Below are positions 41,829 through 52,182 of a stretch of 64,000 nucleotides of DNA, one piece after another (the first letter of the stretch is position 1; every line of letters begins with the position of its first letter). Under the pieces are notes generated by a model. It was not told the DNA's origin. It ran no database searches and saw nothing but the letters and a program-made list of their open reading frames with translations. This DNA is from an uncultured archaeon (GTDB taxonomy: Archaea; Thermoproteota; Bathyarchaeia; Bathyarchaeales; Bathycorpusculaceae): contig CAWENF010000001.1 in assembly GCA_963810275.1 (NCBI GenBank), positions 1-64,000 of the forward strand. Direction: 5' to 3'. The position numbers were made by a program, and so were the translations under genes.

Positions 41829-42242
41829 TTAAGAGACATATTTTTGTGTTTTTCCAGTGTTGGGTTGGTTTGGATTAATTTCCTGTTGTTGGGGTAGGCC
41901 TGCGTTTTGGCTTTGTTGGGCCAGTTGTTCGGCTATTCTGGCTTGTTCGATAAGTTTTTTGAATATGATTTCGGCGACTTGGTCTCCGACGGCTTCTTCT
42001 TTTAGTTCGGTGTTGAAGGCGTATTTTTTAAAGGTATCAACTACTTCGTTTTTGTCTATGACGATGTTTGGGTTAGTTATGTCAGTCCATGCTGCTGTCA
42101 ATACTTTGTGGCCGAGTTCTAGGAAAACGTTGACCATGGTGGTGTAGTCTATGTCCATTGGGTTGTCTCCTGTGAGGAATCTGCCTTTTGTTAGCAGAAT
42201 TTTTTTGTCGTTTTCAGGTGTTACTGTTATGCTTCTCCGCAT
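41829..42242 (-). CDS. Hypothetical protein heading the grpE-dnaK operon; RHH-like N-terminus
   Basis: ATG at 42242 after AGGTGA SD; MRRSITVTPENDKKILL; Gln-rich tail. Confidence 0.75.
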   Translation of the reverse strand: MRRSITVTPENDKKILLTKGRFLTGDNPMDIDYTTMVNVFLELGHKVLTAAWTDITNPNIVIDKNEVVDTFKKYAFNTELKEEAVGDQVAEIIFKKLIEQARIAEQLAQQSQNAGLPQQQEINPNQPNTGKTQKYVS

Positions 42243-42262
42243 TAAATTCACCTTGATCACGT

Positions 42263-42322
42263 GTGCATATGCACCGCTTCACCTATAGCACACCTGTGCG
42301 AGGTTTCTTATAAGTATTTTCG
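42263..42322 (-). promoter_or_regulatory. BRE/TATA promoter of the grpE-dnaK operon with two 12-bp palindromes
   Basis: Minus strand CGAAAATA-CTTATAAG (TATA 42307-42314); GCACAnnTGTGC at 42288-42299; GTGCATATGCAC at 42263-42274. Confidence 0.55.
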
Positions 42323-42634
42323 GATTACAACAAGCATATTAACGCAAAAACCGCAAAAAATAACAAATCCAAATCCGCCAAATTCATTTTCATTTAATAA
42401 AAATTAAGTTTTGCCATTTTGGTTGGTGGGGCTTGCCGCTTTATTGGTTGTTGCGTCTGCGTTTTGGCGCCTCATAATTTCAACCCCAAAACAAATTATT
42501 ATAGACTAAACCCGAAGCATAAATCAACCTCATTCATTACCCCAAATCCAAACCACATTAAACAAGGAAATAACTTAAATCCAAGTCCAAACCATTCTGT
42601 TAAAGCCCAAAAAAACCGTGTACGGTAAGGATCT

Positions 42635-43747
42635 ATGGCTGAAAAACGAGACTATTATGAGGTTCTAGGAGTCCAGAAAGGCGCATCGAAAGATCAAATC
42701 AAAGACGCCTACAGAAAACTTGCATTGCAATACCACCCAGATCGCAACAAAGAAGCTGGAGCGGAAGAAAAATTCAAAGAAATCAGCGAAGCTTATGCAG
42801 TGCTAAGCGACGATCAAAAACGCCAGCAATATGACAACCTCGGACACGAAGGCTTTGATCAACGCTACACCTCAGAAGACATTTTCAGAGGAGCAGATTT
42901 CGATAGTATCTTCCGAGATATGGGCTTTGGCGACTTATTCCGGACGATATTTGGAGGGGGTGGATTTGGCGGCTACGAAGAACGCGACCGCGGCCAAGAC
43001 CTCGGTGTTGACTTAGAAATAACGCTAGAGGAAGCAGCTCGAGGTATCGACCGGGAAATCGAGGTTCCACGAAACGAACACTGTGAAGTATGCGATGGCA
43101 GCGGCGCTCAACCTGGAACCCAAGCTAAAATTTGTCCCAGATGCGGCGGCGCGGGAAGAGTACAAAATATGCACAAAATTGGCTTTGCAACTTACATGCA
43201 GGTCTCCGCTTGCCCAACATGCAAAGGCAAAGGAAAAATCATTGAAACCCCATGCAGCAACTGCAAAGGTTCTGGAGTTGTACGTAAACGTCGCAAAATC
43301 ATAGTTAAAATTCCCCCGGGTATTGACGAAGGCTACCAGCTTCGGCTACGCGGTGAAGGCGAAATGATCTCCAGCGGCGGCGAACCAGGCGACCTCTATG
43401 TAATTGTTCATGTGAAGCCCAGTATGCAGTTTAGTCGTGAAGGCGATGACCTTTGGCACATAGCAATAATCAGTTACCCTCAGGCGGTGTTGGGCGGCGA
43501 AATTGTTGTACCCACACTGGACGGTTCCACTACAGTCAAGATCCGTCCTGGTACACAAGTCGGGGACGTAATCACTTTGCGCGGTAAAGGCATGCCACGG
43601 TTCCGGGGCTACGGTAAAGGCGATCTGATAATTCGCGTTGGGATTTCGGTGCCTGAAAAGTTGACTTCCAAGCAGCGGGAGCTTCTGGAACAATTAGCAA
43701 AAGAGTTTGGTGTGGAAGTTGCTAAGAGTCACAAGTTCCACATATGA
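42635..43747 (+). CDS. dnaJ: Chaperone DnaJ
   Basis: [13 protein letters not shown] region, four CxxCxGxG repeats. Confidence 0.98.
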   Translation: MAEKRDYYEVLGVQKGASKDQIKDAYRKLALQYHPDRNKEAGAEEKFKEISEAYAVLSDDQKRQQYDNLGHEGFDQRYTSEDIFRGADFDSIFRDMGFGDLFRTIFGGGGFGGYEERDRGQDLGVDLEITLEEAARGIDREIEVPRNEHCEVCDGSGAQPGTQAKICPRCGGAGRVQNMHKIGFATYMQVSACPTCKGKGKIIETPCSNCKGSGVVRKRRKIIVKIPPGIDEGYQLRLRGEGEMISSGGEPGDLYVIVHVKPSMQFSREGDDLWHIAIISYPQAVLGGEIVVPTLDGSTTVKIRPGTQVGDVITLRGKGMPRFRGYGKGDLIIRVGISVPEKLTSKQRELLEQLAKEFGVEVAKSHKFHI

Positions 43748-44078
43748 AAGTAAGCGCCAAAAAGGCGCCATCAAAAACGCAACTGGTCATTTATACTTCT
43801 GGCGGACTCAACCTTTATTTTTTCACAGTCAAAACAATTTTTTGCCTGCTTTTTTAAGGGCTTTTAGCGTTCTTATGTGGTTATTCAGTTTGGGTTTAAA
43901 AGTGTTTCATTGGGTTTTTCCATAAAAAAACGCAATTTCTACATCTTAAGTATTCAATAAATATGTTTTTATTTAACCTTTTATGTGAAAAACTTGTTTG
44001 TTAACTCGTCGAGTTTTAACTAATTTTCTCGAACACTCTTTTATCACTCGGACAGTGTGAGGCTGTGAGGAATACTTA

Positions 44079-44733
44079 TTGGTTAAACTCTTTACCGACC
44101 GATGGAAAACAAAAGAACCAACCGAAAACTCCATCGTTAACAAAATCAAAAATGTAGGGCAGCCAACTGAAAACTTAAAAGGCCAAATCGCAGTTGTCAC
44201 CCAACGATTAGATTCTCAAGTAAGAATGCTTGACAGCGCCATTAGTCGTTTTCAAACCCGAGACCACGCAATATTTAACTCGCATCATCAACGCTATGGC
44301 CCAACGTGACCAAGCACGAGCCAACATTTTGGCAACTGAACTAGCTGAAATCCGAAAAGTTGAACGCATGTTAAACCAATCCTCCCTAGCATTGCAGAGC
44401 ATGTCTATGCGCTTAAGCACCGTCTCAGAGTTAGGTGACGTAGTCACAGTTCTGGGTCCTGCAAAAGGGTTGTTAAACGGCATTCGCAATGACATGTGCA
44501 GCATCATGCCCGAAGCAAGCCAAGAACTCGGCGACATAGGCAACATACTAACCGACATATGCAGCCAAACCAGTCAAAGCAACGATATGCCAATGAACGC
44601 CGTGACCGCAAGCGCCGACGCCATGGCAATCCTAGAAGAAGCTGAAATTGCTGCTGAAAGCCGTTTAAAAGATCGTTTGCCTGAAATCAGCCCAGAAAAC
44701 CGCGTTTCAAAAAGAACAAGCCTTCAAACATAG
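44079..44733 (+). CDS. ESCRT-III / CdvB-like (Snf7) cell division protein; frameshift near 44275
   Basis: ARANILATELAEIRK, MRLSTVSELGDVV, MPEA, AILEEA; frames join as RDHAIF/TRIINAM on removing one base. Confidence 0.85.
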
Positions 44734-45531
44734 AGCAACGCAGAGCCCACTCTGCTCTCTTTTTATAGCAGATCGTTGTCTCCAGTATCCGTTTGGCTAT
44801 TTTCATTTAGCTTTATCATGATTTGAATCAAGAATTCTTCAGTGCAATCTTAATTTTTCTGCATTTTCCACAAGACCGGGGTAATGTTAAAGATATTTCT
44901 GAGATTCCAAGAATGTATTCAACTCTTAGTTTTCGTATTTTGCATTTTTTCACTGCTCGATTAGGCTCAACCGTTGCAATGCCGAACAAAAAATTGTTGT
45001 AGTTGTTGGCGCTTATTGTTTCAACCAAACTGGTTTTCTCCAAATATCTTAATTGATGGTTTTGTGTTTTTGATTTTCAAGTATGCTAGCTTTTAACCTA
45101 ATTCAAAAGTCTGTGTGAAACATTTAGCTACCACTGTTATTTGAGTGTATGATACTTGCGAGATCTATTGCGATGGCTTGCGCTATCGATATTATTGTTA
45201 GGTTTCTTCGTAAATATTTTGAAAAACCTTGAAATTTTACATTTTCCACTTCTCAAAATTTAAATGCAAGTGTGTTGCTTTTAGACAACTAACTCGGGGT
45301 AGTATGGAAGAGAAAGCGCATGGAAAATATGCTAGACAGTATGCATAAGAACATCAGTTATCAATCGAATGTCTGCATAGAGCGTCCAACCCTGCTTGGC
45401 TATTTGTCTAAATGCCATGCAGAAAAGCTTAATAATATTTACAGAGACGCATTTGGATATAACAAGCGCCTATTTGGCTCTACTCTTGAGGCAGCTCGAA
45501 TGAAAGGAAGCGTGAATGGAGAGACTACTGA

Positions 45532-45873
45532 ATGTTAGAAATTCTGGAAGAAGCCATCATTGCCTTTGTCTTGATTTTTGCGGCAACCTTAGCAATTTAT
45601 TATATGGGAAAACGCGCTGCTCCAAAAACCACTATAGGCGAAAACGAACAAGCTGCCTACGCCTGCGGAGAAAAAGTGCACTTCCAAGGCTTGCAAATCA
45701 ATGTATCCTTATACAAATACCTCATTTATTTCATCATCTTTGACTCATCTGTATTGGTTCTTGCCTTTGCCGCTTTTGCAATATTGGCTGCAAACCCTTT
45801 ACTGTTAATCCTCTACCTCGGGATAATCCTCGCAGCAGGATTAGTGCTTCTTGAAGGAGGCAAAGAATATTGA
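45532..45873 (+). CDS. NuoA/FpoA-like membrane subunit
   Basis: YACGE loop, YLIYFIIFD, three TM. Confidence 0.88.
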   Translation: MLEILEEAIIAFVLIFAATLAIYYMGKRAAPKTTIGENEQAAYACGEKVHFQGLQINVSLYKYLIYFIIFDSSVLVLAFAAFAILAANPLLLILYLGIILAAGLVLLEGGKEY

Positions 45874-46343
45874 CTGACACAAAAACTTGGGCGCGAGTAA
45901 AATCTCCATGGGTGCTCCACTTCAACTCTGGAGCATGCAACGGGTGCGACATTGAAATCGTCGCACTACTAACCCCAAAATATGACGTTGAACGATTCGG
46001 AATAAAACTTGAACCCTCCCCACGCCACGCAGATGTCTTGCTTGTCACGGGCGCAGTTACACAGCAATGCGCTGAACGCCTAAAACGCGTATATGACCAA
46101 ATGCCTCAACCTAAATTCGTTGTTGCTATTGGTGCATGCGCATGTAGCGGCGGAGTCTTTGAAGGAAACTATAACGTGCTAGGCGGGGTCGACAAGGTTT
46201 TGCCCGTTTCAGCTTATATTCCTGGTTGTCCACCCCGTCCCGAAGCCATCATTGACGGCGTTGTCAAATTACTAAACGCAATTAATCCCCCTAAACCTAA
46301 GAAAAATCAAGCCCCCAAAGCAGAAGCACCCCCCCAAAATTGA
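45870..46343 (+). CDS. Group 4 [NiFe]-hydrogenase small subunit (NuoB-like)
   Basis: SGACNGCDIE (CxxC), SPRHADVL, GACACSGG, IPGCPPRP. Confidence 0.92.
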   Translation: MTDTKTWARVKSPWVLHFNSGACNGCDIEIVALLTPKYDVERFGIKLEPSPRHADVLLVTGAVTQQCAERLKRVYDQMPQPKFVVAIGACACSGGVFEGNYNVLGGVDKVLPVSAYIPGCPPRPEAIIDGVVKLLNAINPPKPKKNQAPKAEAPPQN

Positions 46344-46354
46344 GGTAATGTAGT

Positions 46355-47926
46355 ATGTCTAAAAATGTAGATATGGTAAGTTTACTTAAAAGCAAGTTCG
46401 GCGATAAAATCCAAATCCAACAAGGCACTCTTGAAGCAGGTGCCATAACCGCAAACAACGGCCTGCATTACGATGTTCTAAAAGCTATGATCGAAGCCGA
46501 CGAAAAAACTGGCATAACCGCCATCACTGGTTTAGACCTCGGTGACAAACTGGGTGTTTATTATCATGTTCACACTGCTAAGCCCTTCTTTACAATTAAA
46601 GCTGAAATCCCCAAAGCTGACCCTAAAATCCGAACAGTCGTTGACATTCACCCTGGCGCGGCTTTCCATGAACTGGAAGTAACCGACTTAGTGGGTGTAA
46701 TCTTTGTTGGAAACGAATTCAACGGACACTTCGTCCTCTCAGAAAACTGGCCAGACGGCGTCTATCCACTACGAAAAGACGTTGACGCAACCAAAGTCCA
46801 CCTTGTCCCAACCCCCGAACGTGAAGCAAACAAAAACGCTGAAGGCAGACAAGTTAAAATCATCATCGGACCCCAACACCCAGCTCTGCTGGAACCTGAA
46901 AAGTTCTCCGTAACCGTTGACGGCGAAACAGTAACCAAAGTTGAACCACGTATCGGCTACGTGCACCGCGGAATCGAGAAAACCGCCGAATCCCGTTCGT
47001 ATCTTCAAGACACATACTTGGTGGAACGTGTCTGCGGTATCTGCAACCCAATCCACGCCTATGCCTTCGTTTCAACTGTAGAAAAAATCCTAAAACCCGA
47101 TGTTCCAGAAAGAGCAGAATACCTAAGAGTCATCGCCTTAGAACTTAACCGCCTACACAGTCACCTCTTAACTTTAGGTCACGCAGGCTTAGAAATTGGC
47201 TACGAAACGCTTTTCCAGTACTTCTGGAGAGACCGAGAGCCCATAATGGATTTAATCGAATTAACAAGTGGCAACCGCGTTTACGGCTCTTTAATTACTG
47301 TCGGTGGTGTACGAAGAGACATAACCCCTGAGCAAATTCCCAAAATCAAATCTGTCCTAGAAGACTTCCGAAAGAAGATGCCGTTCTACAGAAAAATGTA
47401 CCAAGAAGAACCTACCCTTCGCTTAAGAATGAAAGACGTAGGAACGCTTAGCCGAGAAGACGCGCTCAAACTCGCAGTTGTCGGGCCAGTTGCAAGAGGC
47501 TCAGGTGTTGACATGGATATCCGAAAAACTCAGCCTTACTCCGTCTACGACAAGATACCCTTCAACCAAATCGTTTACACCGACGGCGACACATGGGCAA
47601 GAATGAATGTACGCCTAGACGAAGTCGAAGAAAGCATCAACATCATTGACTATGTCTTAGACCATCTTCCCTCTGGGCCCATCCGCGTAGAAGTACCAAG
47701 AAGCGTCCCTGAAGGCGAAGCAGTATCCTGCGTTGAAGCACCAAGAGGCGAACTCTTCTACTACGTGCGCAGCAACGGCACAGACATGCCTGACCGCGTT
47801 AAAATCCGTACTCCAACATTCGCCAACATTCCAGCATTCCTTAAAACTGCAATCGGTGAGAGCATAGCGGACGTTCCATCAAATTTTGTAAGTTTAGACC
47901 CATGCTTCTCATGCACTGACAGGTGA
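46355..47926 (+). CDS. Fused NuoC-like domain and group 4 [NiFe]-hydrogenase large subunit (NuoD-like)
   Basis: N-terminal ELEVTDLVG..YPLRKD; GPQHP, GYVHRGIEK, ERVCGICNPIH (L1), EAPRGE, terminal DPCFSCTDR (L2). Confidence 0.93.
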   Translation: MSKNVDMVSLLKSKFGDKIQIQQGTLEAGAITANNGLHYDVLKAMIEADEKTGITAITGLDLGDKLGVYYHVHTAKPFFTIKAEIPKADPKIRTVVDIHPGAAFHELEVTDLVGVIFVGNEFNGHFVLSENWPDGVYPLRKDVDATKVHLVPTPEREANKNAEGRQVKIIIGPQHPALLEPEKFSVTVDGETVTKVEPRIGYVHRGIEKTAESRSYLQDTYLVERVCGICNPIHAYAFVSTVEKILKPDVPERAEYLRVIALELNRLHSHLLTLGHAGLEIGYETLFQYFWRDREPIMDLIELTSGNRVYGSLITVGGVRRDITPEQIPKIKSVLEDFRKKMPFYRKMYQEEPTLRLRMKDVGTLSREDALKLAVVGPVARGSGVDMDIRKTQPYSVYDKIPFNQIVYTDGDTWARMNVRLDEVEESINIIDYVLDHLPSGPIRVEVPRSVPEGEAVSCVEAPRGELFYYVRSNGTDMPDRVKIRTPTFANIPAFLKTAIGESIADVPSNFVSLDPCFSCTDR

Positions 47927-47929
47927 TAG

Positions 47930-48955
47930 GTGAAAAACATGATTGACCTCTGGCTCATCTTCCAAATCCTGGTATTCCCAGGCTTTACTTTCATATTTTT
48001 CCTTACTTTGTTCTGTGACTGGATAGAGCGAAAGCTTGAAGCTCGTATACAGAACAGAGTAGGCCCCATGGTTGCTGGGCCAGCAGGTATCCTCCAGCCC
48101 TTAGCGGACTTTATAAAACTCTTAACAAAAGAAGACATTGAACCCCGAGACACCAAAAAACTGGTGTTCCGATATGCTCCCTTGGCATCCTTTGCTATAA
48201 TGATGTTTGCAATGCTCTTCTTGCCTATAAGCGGTGCATCGGTCCTCTCTACAGGCAGCACAATATCAACCAGCGGCTTTAGCGGTGACTTAATCATTAT
48301 CTTAGCGTTCGCAACAGTAGCAAACTTCTTGATGTTCCTCGCCGGTTGGGCATCATGCAACCCATATGGCACCATTGGTTCAGCCAGAGTTTTAACCCAG
48401 TTCTTAGGCTACGACATTCCACTCTACATACTTGCATTAACTCCAGCGTTTATCGCTGGCAGCATCCAAATCGGCGTAATCGCCTCTGCGTTTCCCTTTA
48501 TTTTACTGGCGCCTTGGGCGTTTGTACTCTTCGTCATCACCATGCAGGCGGAACTTGAAAAAGACCCCTTCGACGTGCCTCACTCAGAATCCGAGGTGGT
48601 CGGCGGCTTAGAAACCGAGTACACAGGCGCAAAACTTGCTTTCCTACACTTTACCCGTGACGTACAAGTTGTGTTCGGCTCAGCGCTTGTCGTGGAATTG
48701 TTCCTTGGCGGTCCCAGCGGTCCAGTGTTCTTTGGGCTCGACTGGTTATTTAATACTCTATGGTTCGTGGTTAAGCTACTCATAGTCGTGGTAATCAGCG
48801 AGTACATCACAACCGTGGTGGCTCGTCTACGCATCGACCAAGTGTTAACTGGAAACTGGAAGATTCTACTGCCAGCAGCGTTGATTTCGCTGATGATAAC
48901 AGTTGCGTTGGTAACTTGGGTGTATCATCCCTTCGGGATTGGAGTGTTCACTTAG
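47930..48955 (+). CDS. NuoH-like membrane subunit
   Basis: ERKLEARIQNRVGP, LQPLADFIKLLTKE, PFDVPHSESE, RLRIDQ. Confidence 0.93.
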   Translation: MKNMIDLWLIFQILVFPGFTFIFFLTLFCDWIERKLEARIQNRVGPMVAGPAGILQPLADFIKLLTKEDIEPRDTKKLVFRYAPLASFAIMMFAMLFLPISGASVLSTGSTISTSGFSGDLIIILAFATVANFLMFLAGWASCNPYGTIGSARVLTQFLGYDIPLYILALTPAFIAGSIQIGVIASAFPFILLAPWAFVLFVITMQAELEKDPFDVPHSESEVVGGLETEYTGAKLAFLHFTRDVQVVFGSALVVELFLGGPSGPVFFGLDWLFNTLWFVVKLLIVVVISEYITTVVARLRIDQVLTGNWKILLPAALISLMITVALVTWVYHPFGIGVFT

Positions 48956-49414
48956 ATGGCAGATGACAAAAAGAAGAAATCGCGCATATCCCCCATATTC
49001 AAGCGAGCGGTATCACACATCTTCACTAAACCAGCAACAACGAAGTATCCCTTCGTAAAGCCAGAGCTTCCCGCTGACTCCAGAGGCAAACTAGTCTACG
49101 AAATAAAAGACTGCAACGCCGTCGACTTAGGCTGCGGACCAGACTTCCGCCTCGACATCAAAGCTATCCGCGGAAGCGCATGTCATGTCTGCCAGAGAGA
49201 CTGCCCAACACACGCTATCGAATTTGTCGAAGTCGAACCTGGAAAACTACGACCACAAATCGACCTCAACAACTGCATCTTCTGCTACCAATGCGTCGAA
49301 ACCTGCCCAAGAGACGCCATTAAACAGTCTGACCTCTACGAATTAGCAACTACGGACAAGAAAGCATTAGTGATGAAGCCAGAATACAAAAACAAAAAGG
49401 ATGCATCGCAATGA
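48956..49414 (+). CDS. NuoI-like 2[4Fe-4S] subunit
   Basis: PATTKYP, RGK, CIFCYQCVETCP; first cluster motif carries an insertion. Confidence 0.9.
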   Translation: MADDKKKKSRISPIFKRAVSHIFTKPATTKYPFVKPELPADSRGKLVYEIKDCNAVDLGCGPDFRLDIKAIRGSACHVCQRDCPTHAIEFVEVEPGKLRPQIDLNNCIFCYQCVETCPRDAIKQSDLYELATTDKKALVMKPEYKNKKDASQ

Positions 49415-49874
49415 TCGTTAATTTTTGAAATCTTAGCCATAGGTTTAATCATATCCGCTATCCTCGCATTGTTCCTCGATGAAGTTGTCTACTCAGTAGC
49501 GGCACTGTCAGGAACCTTTCTATTCACAGCTTTAATCTATTACCTAAACGGCGCAATCTACGCCGCCATATTCCAATTCGTAGTCGGCATCGGTACCCTA
49601 GCCATCCTGTTCCTTTCTGGCGAAATGCTGGGCGAAAAGCCAACCAAAAAAGCCTCTACCTGCAAGGACAGTCGGCTTAATCGGCGCGGGCGTCGTTTTA
49701 AGTTTACCCGCAATTTTCCTCTCAGTCTCGGGTCAAACCACCGTCGGAGCTGACGTTAACATCGGTACTGCCCTTTGGGATCTTAGGGGCGTCGATATCT
49801 TGATGCAGGCGCTTGTCATTTTGACTATAGCGCTTGGAATAGGCATAGTCCTCTATGAAAGGAGGAAGAAATAG
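49411..49874 (+). CDS. NuoJ-like membrane subunit; two apparent frameshifts (~49414, ~49657)
   Basis: IFEILAIGLIISAILALFLDEVVYS...AAIFQFVVGIG, resuming as ...IGTALWDLRGVDILMQ...ERRKK*. Confidence 0.78.
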
Positions 49875-50198
49875 ATGGACTTCGTTATTTTATCAATCAT
49901 AATGTTGGCTATAGGTATCTACGGATTGCTAACCAACCGCCAACTACTCAAAGTATTCATCTCAATCGAGTTAATCGCAACCGCAGCCACACTAAACTTC
50001 ATAATGTTGGTTGCCAATCCCGCAGGTCTTAGCGAGGCTCTACTAATTGTCGCCTTCTCCGTTGACACAGCCGTCAGCGCAGTAATCTTAGCGTTGCTTG
50101 TCATCGTTTCAAAACGGTACCACACAAGCGACATCTCAAAGATTTGGGCAAAAATGCAGGAAACCGCACAGCAAGAAGAAACCGAGGTTGAAGCATAA
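49875..50198 (+). CDS. NuoK-like membrane subunit
   Basis: IGIYGLL, LKVFISIEL, LNF. Confidence 0.9.
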   Translation: MDFVILSIIMLAIGIYGLLTNRQLLKVFISIELIATAATLNFIMLVANPAGLSEALLIVAFSVDTAVSAVILALLVIVSKRYHTSDISKIWAKMQETAQQEETEVEA

Positions 50199-52178
50199 TG
50201 ATACTACAAGAATTCTCCGCATGGTTCGTTTGGGTTATTCCACTTATCGCAAGCTGCCTACTTCCCTTAATCGGTAGATATAGCGAGAAAGCACGCAATG
50301 GCTTTACCATAGCAATTATGGGCGTAGTCGCTGCGTTGGCTGTCACGCTTATTCCCAGGCGTCTGGTCAGGTGAAGGTGAAGCAGTTAACTACGTAGTCT
50401 CTTGGCTGCCAACATTAAGCGGCGACCTCTCTCAAGCAGTAACCGCAGGCGTCTACATTGACCCCTTAAGCGTCCTATTCACCTGTTTGGTTGCGTTCTT
50501 TGGCGTGATCATCGTCGTCTATTCACAGGGTTACATGAAAGGCGAATCAGGCTTAACCCGCTACTACTATCTCTTGTTACTCTTCATCGGCTCCATGATT
50601 GGCTTGGTCTTATCCGATAACATGCTTCAGATGTTCATCTTCTGGGAAATGGTCGGACTTTGCAGTTATGCCTTGATTAGCTTCTGGTACAAGAAGCCCG
50701 AATCCATCCACAGCGGTGTCAAAGTTTTCTTAATGACCCGTATCGGCGACATTGCCTTGCTCGCCGCTATTGGCATCTTGTTCTTGCAGTTTGGCACTTT
50801 CAGCTTCCACGGCATCATTGAAGGAATCAACGTTGCAGCGTCCGACGGAACACTCACCGTAATGCTACCCTACTTGGTCATCGCAGCATTCCTCGTGTTA
50901 GGCGGCGCAATCTCCAAATCGGCGCAGTTCCCGCTGTTTACTTGGCTGTACAGCGCAATGGAAGCTCCAACCAGCGTTTCAGCACTGCTGCACGCTGCCA
51001 CAATGGTCAAAGCAGGCATCTATCTGCTTTCAAGATTTATCCTCATATTCGCCGCAGCTCCCGCAATAATACTGGCGTTGGAGCAAGCAGCATGGTTTAA
51101 CACAATAGCCTGGGTCGGCATAATAACTGCATTTATCGGTGCGTCTTTAGGCTTAATGACAACCGATATCAAAGGTGTTCTCGCCTATTCCACCGTGAGC
51201 CAAATCGGCTTCATGATGGCGGCACTAGGTACTGGCATACCTCACATCAGTGGCACTGAGGTGGCGATGTCCGCAGGCTGGTTCGCTTCGCTGTTCCACA
51301 TGGTCAGCCACGCATTCTTCGAAGGCCTTGGATTCTTGCTCGCAGGCGGCATCATCCACGCCTTGGGCACCCGCGACATGCGCCTAATGGGTGGACTCAG
51401 AAAAGCCATGCCTATCACGTTTGCGTTGATGGCGATTATGATTATCACCACCAGCGGTTTACCACCGTTTGCTGCGTTCTTCAGCAAAGGCTTAATCCTA
51501 AACAGCGTCATGGGCGCAGGCGGAATAGTACAAATGATACTTATCTTCGCTGCCACAGGCTTAACATTCGCATACTGTATACGCATGTTTAGCTTGGTGT
51601 TCCTTGGCAAACCCTCAGAGTTTATACAGAAAATCAAAATTCACGAAGCACCCAAAGTCATGCTTATCCCAGCAGCAATCTTAGCGGGCTTATGCATTGT
51701 CTGGGGAGTTGCGCAGCCAGTTGTTGCAAGCTTCATGCATGTTGAACTCGAAGAAACCCTGCTTGGTGCATTCACAAGTCTTGAAACACCAATATTCCTG
51801 CTGATACTGCTACCAATTTTCGTGTTAGGTTACTTCACTTACTTCAAAAACTTTACCGCATTACGCAAAGTTGCTGCAGGCAAAAACCCATTAACCATCA
51901 TTATGTCACACGGCTACTTCGTCGACGACCTCTACTACGGCATCGCAAGAGGCATCAACGGCTTCTCAGCACTACTAACACGCTTCGAAAACAAAGTATT
52001 TGCGCAGTTGCCCGACCAAGCAGGCTCAGACGTCGCTAAAGCAGCAGAACCCCAAAACGCAACCGCCCTCAAGAAGGGTCCATCGGATGCCTTTAGAAAC
52101 TATGTTGCCGCCGCAGTGGTAGGCTTCATAATCATCGTAGTGTTAATCGTCTTAACCATCGGTTTCGGAGGAGCATAA
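50198..52178 (+). CDS. NuoL-like antiporter subunit; frameshift near 50355
   Basis: N-terminus MILQEFSAWFVWVIPL; after the shift IDPLS, FIFWEMVGLCSYALI, KSAQFP, AMEAPTSVSALLHAATMV. Confidence 0.9.
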
Positions 52179-52182
52179 AACA

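Noticed and set aside
45156-45182. Three TTGCG direct repeats upstream of the hydrogenase operon
   Set aside because: Short and unevenly spaced (12 and 10 bp); could be chance
45320-45538. 72-aa ORF before the NuoA-like gene
   Set aside because: No motifs; contains the likely promoter (AAAAGCTTAATA ~45422-45433)
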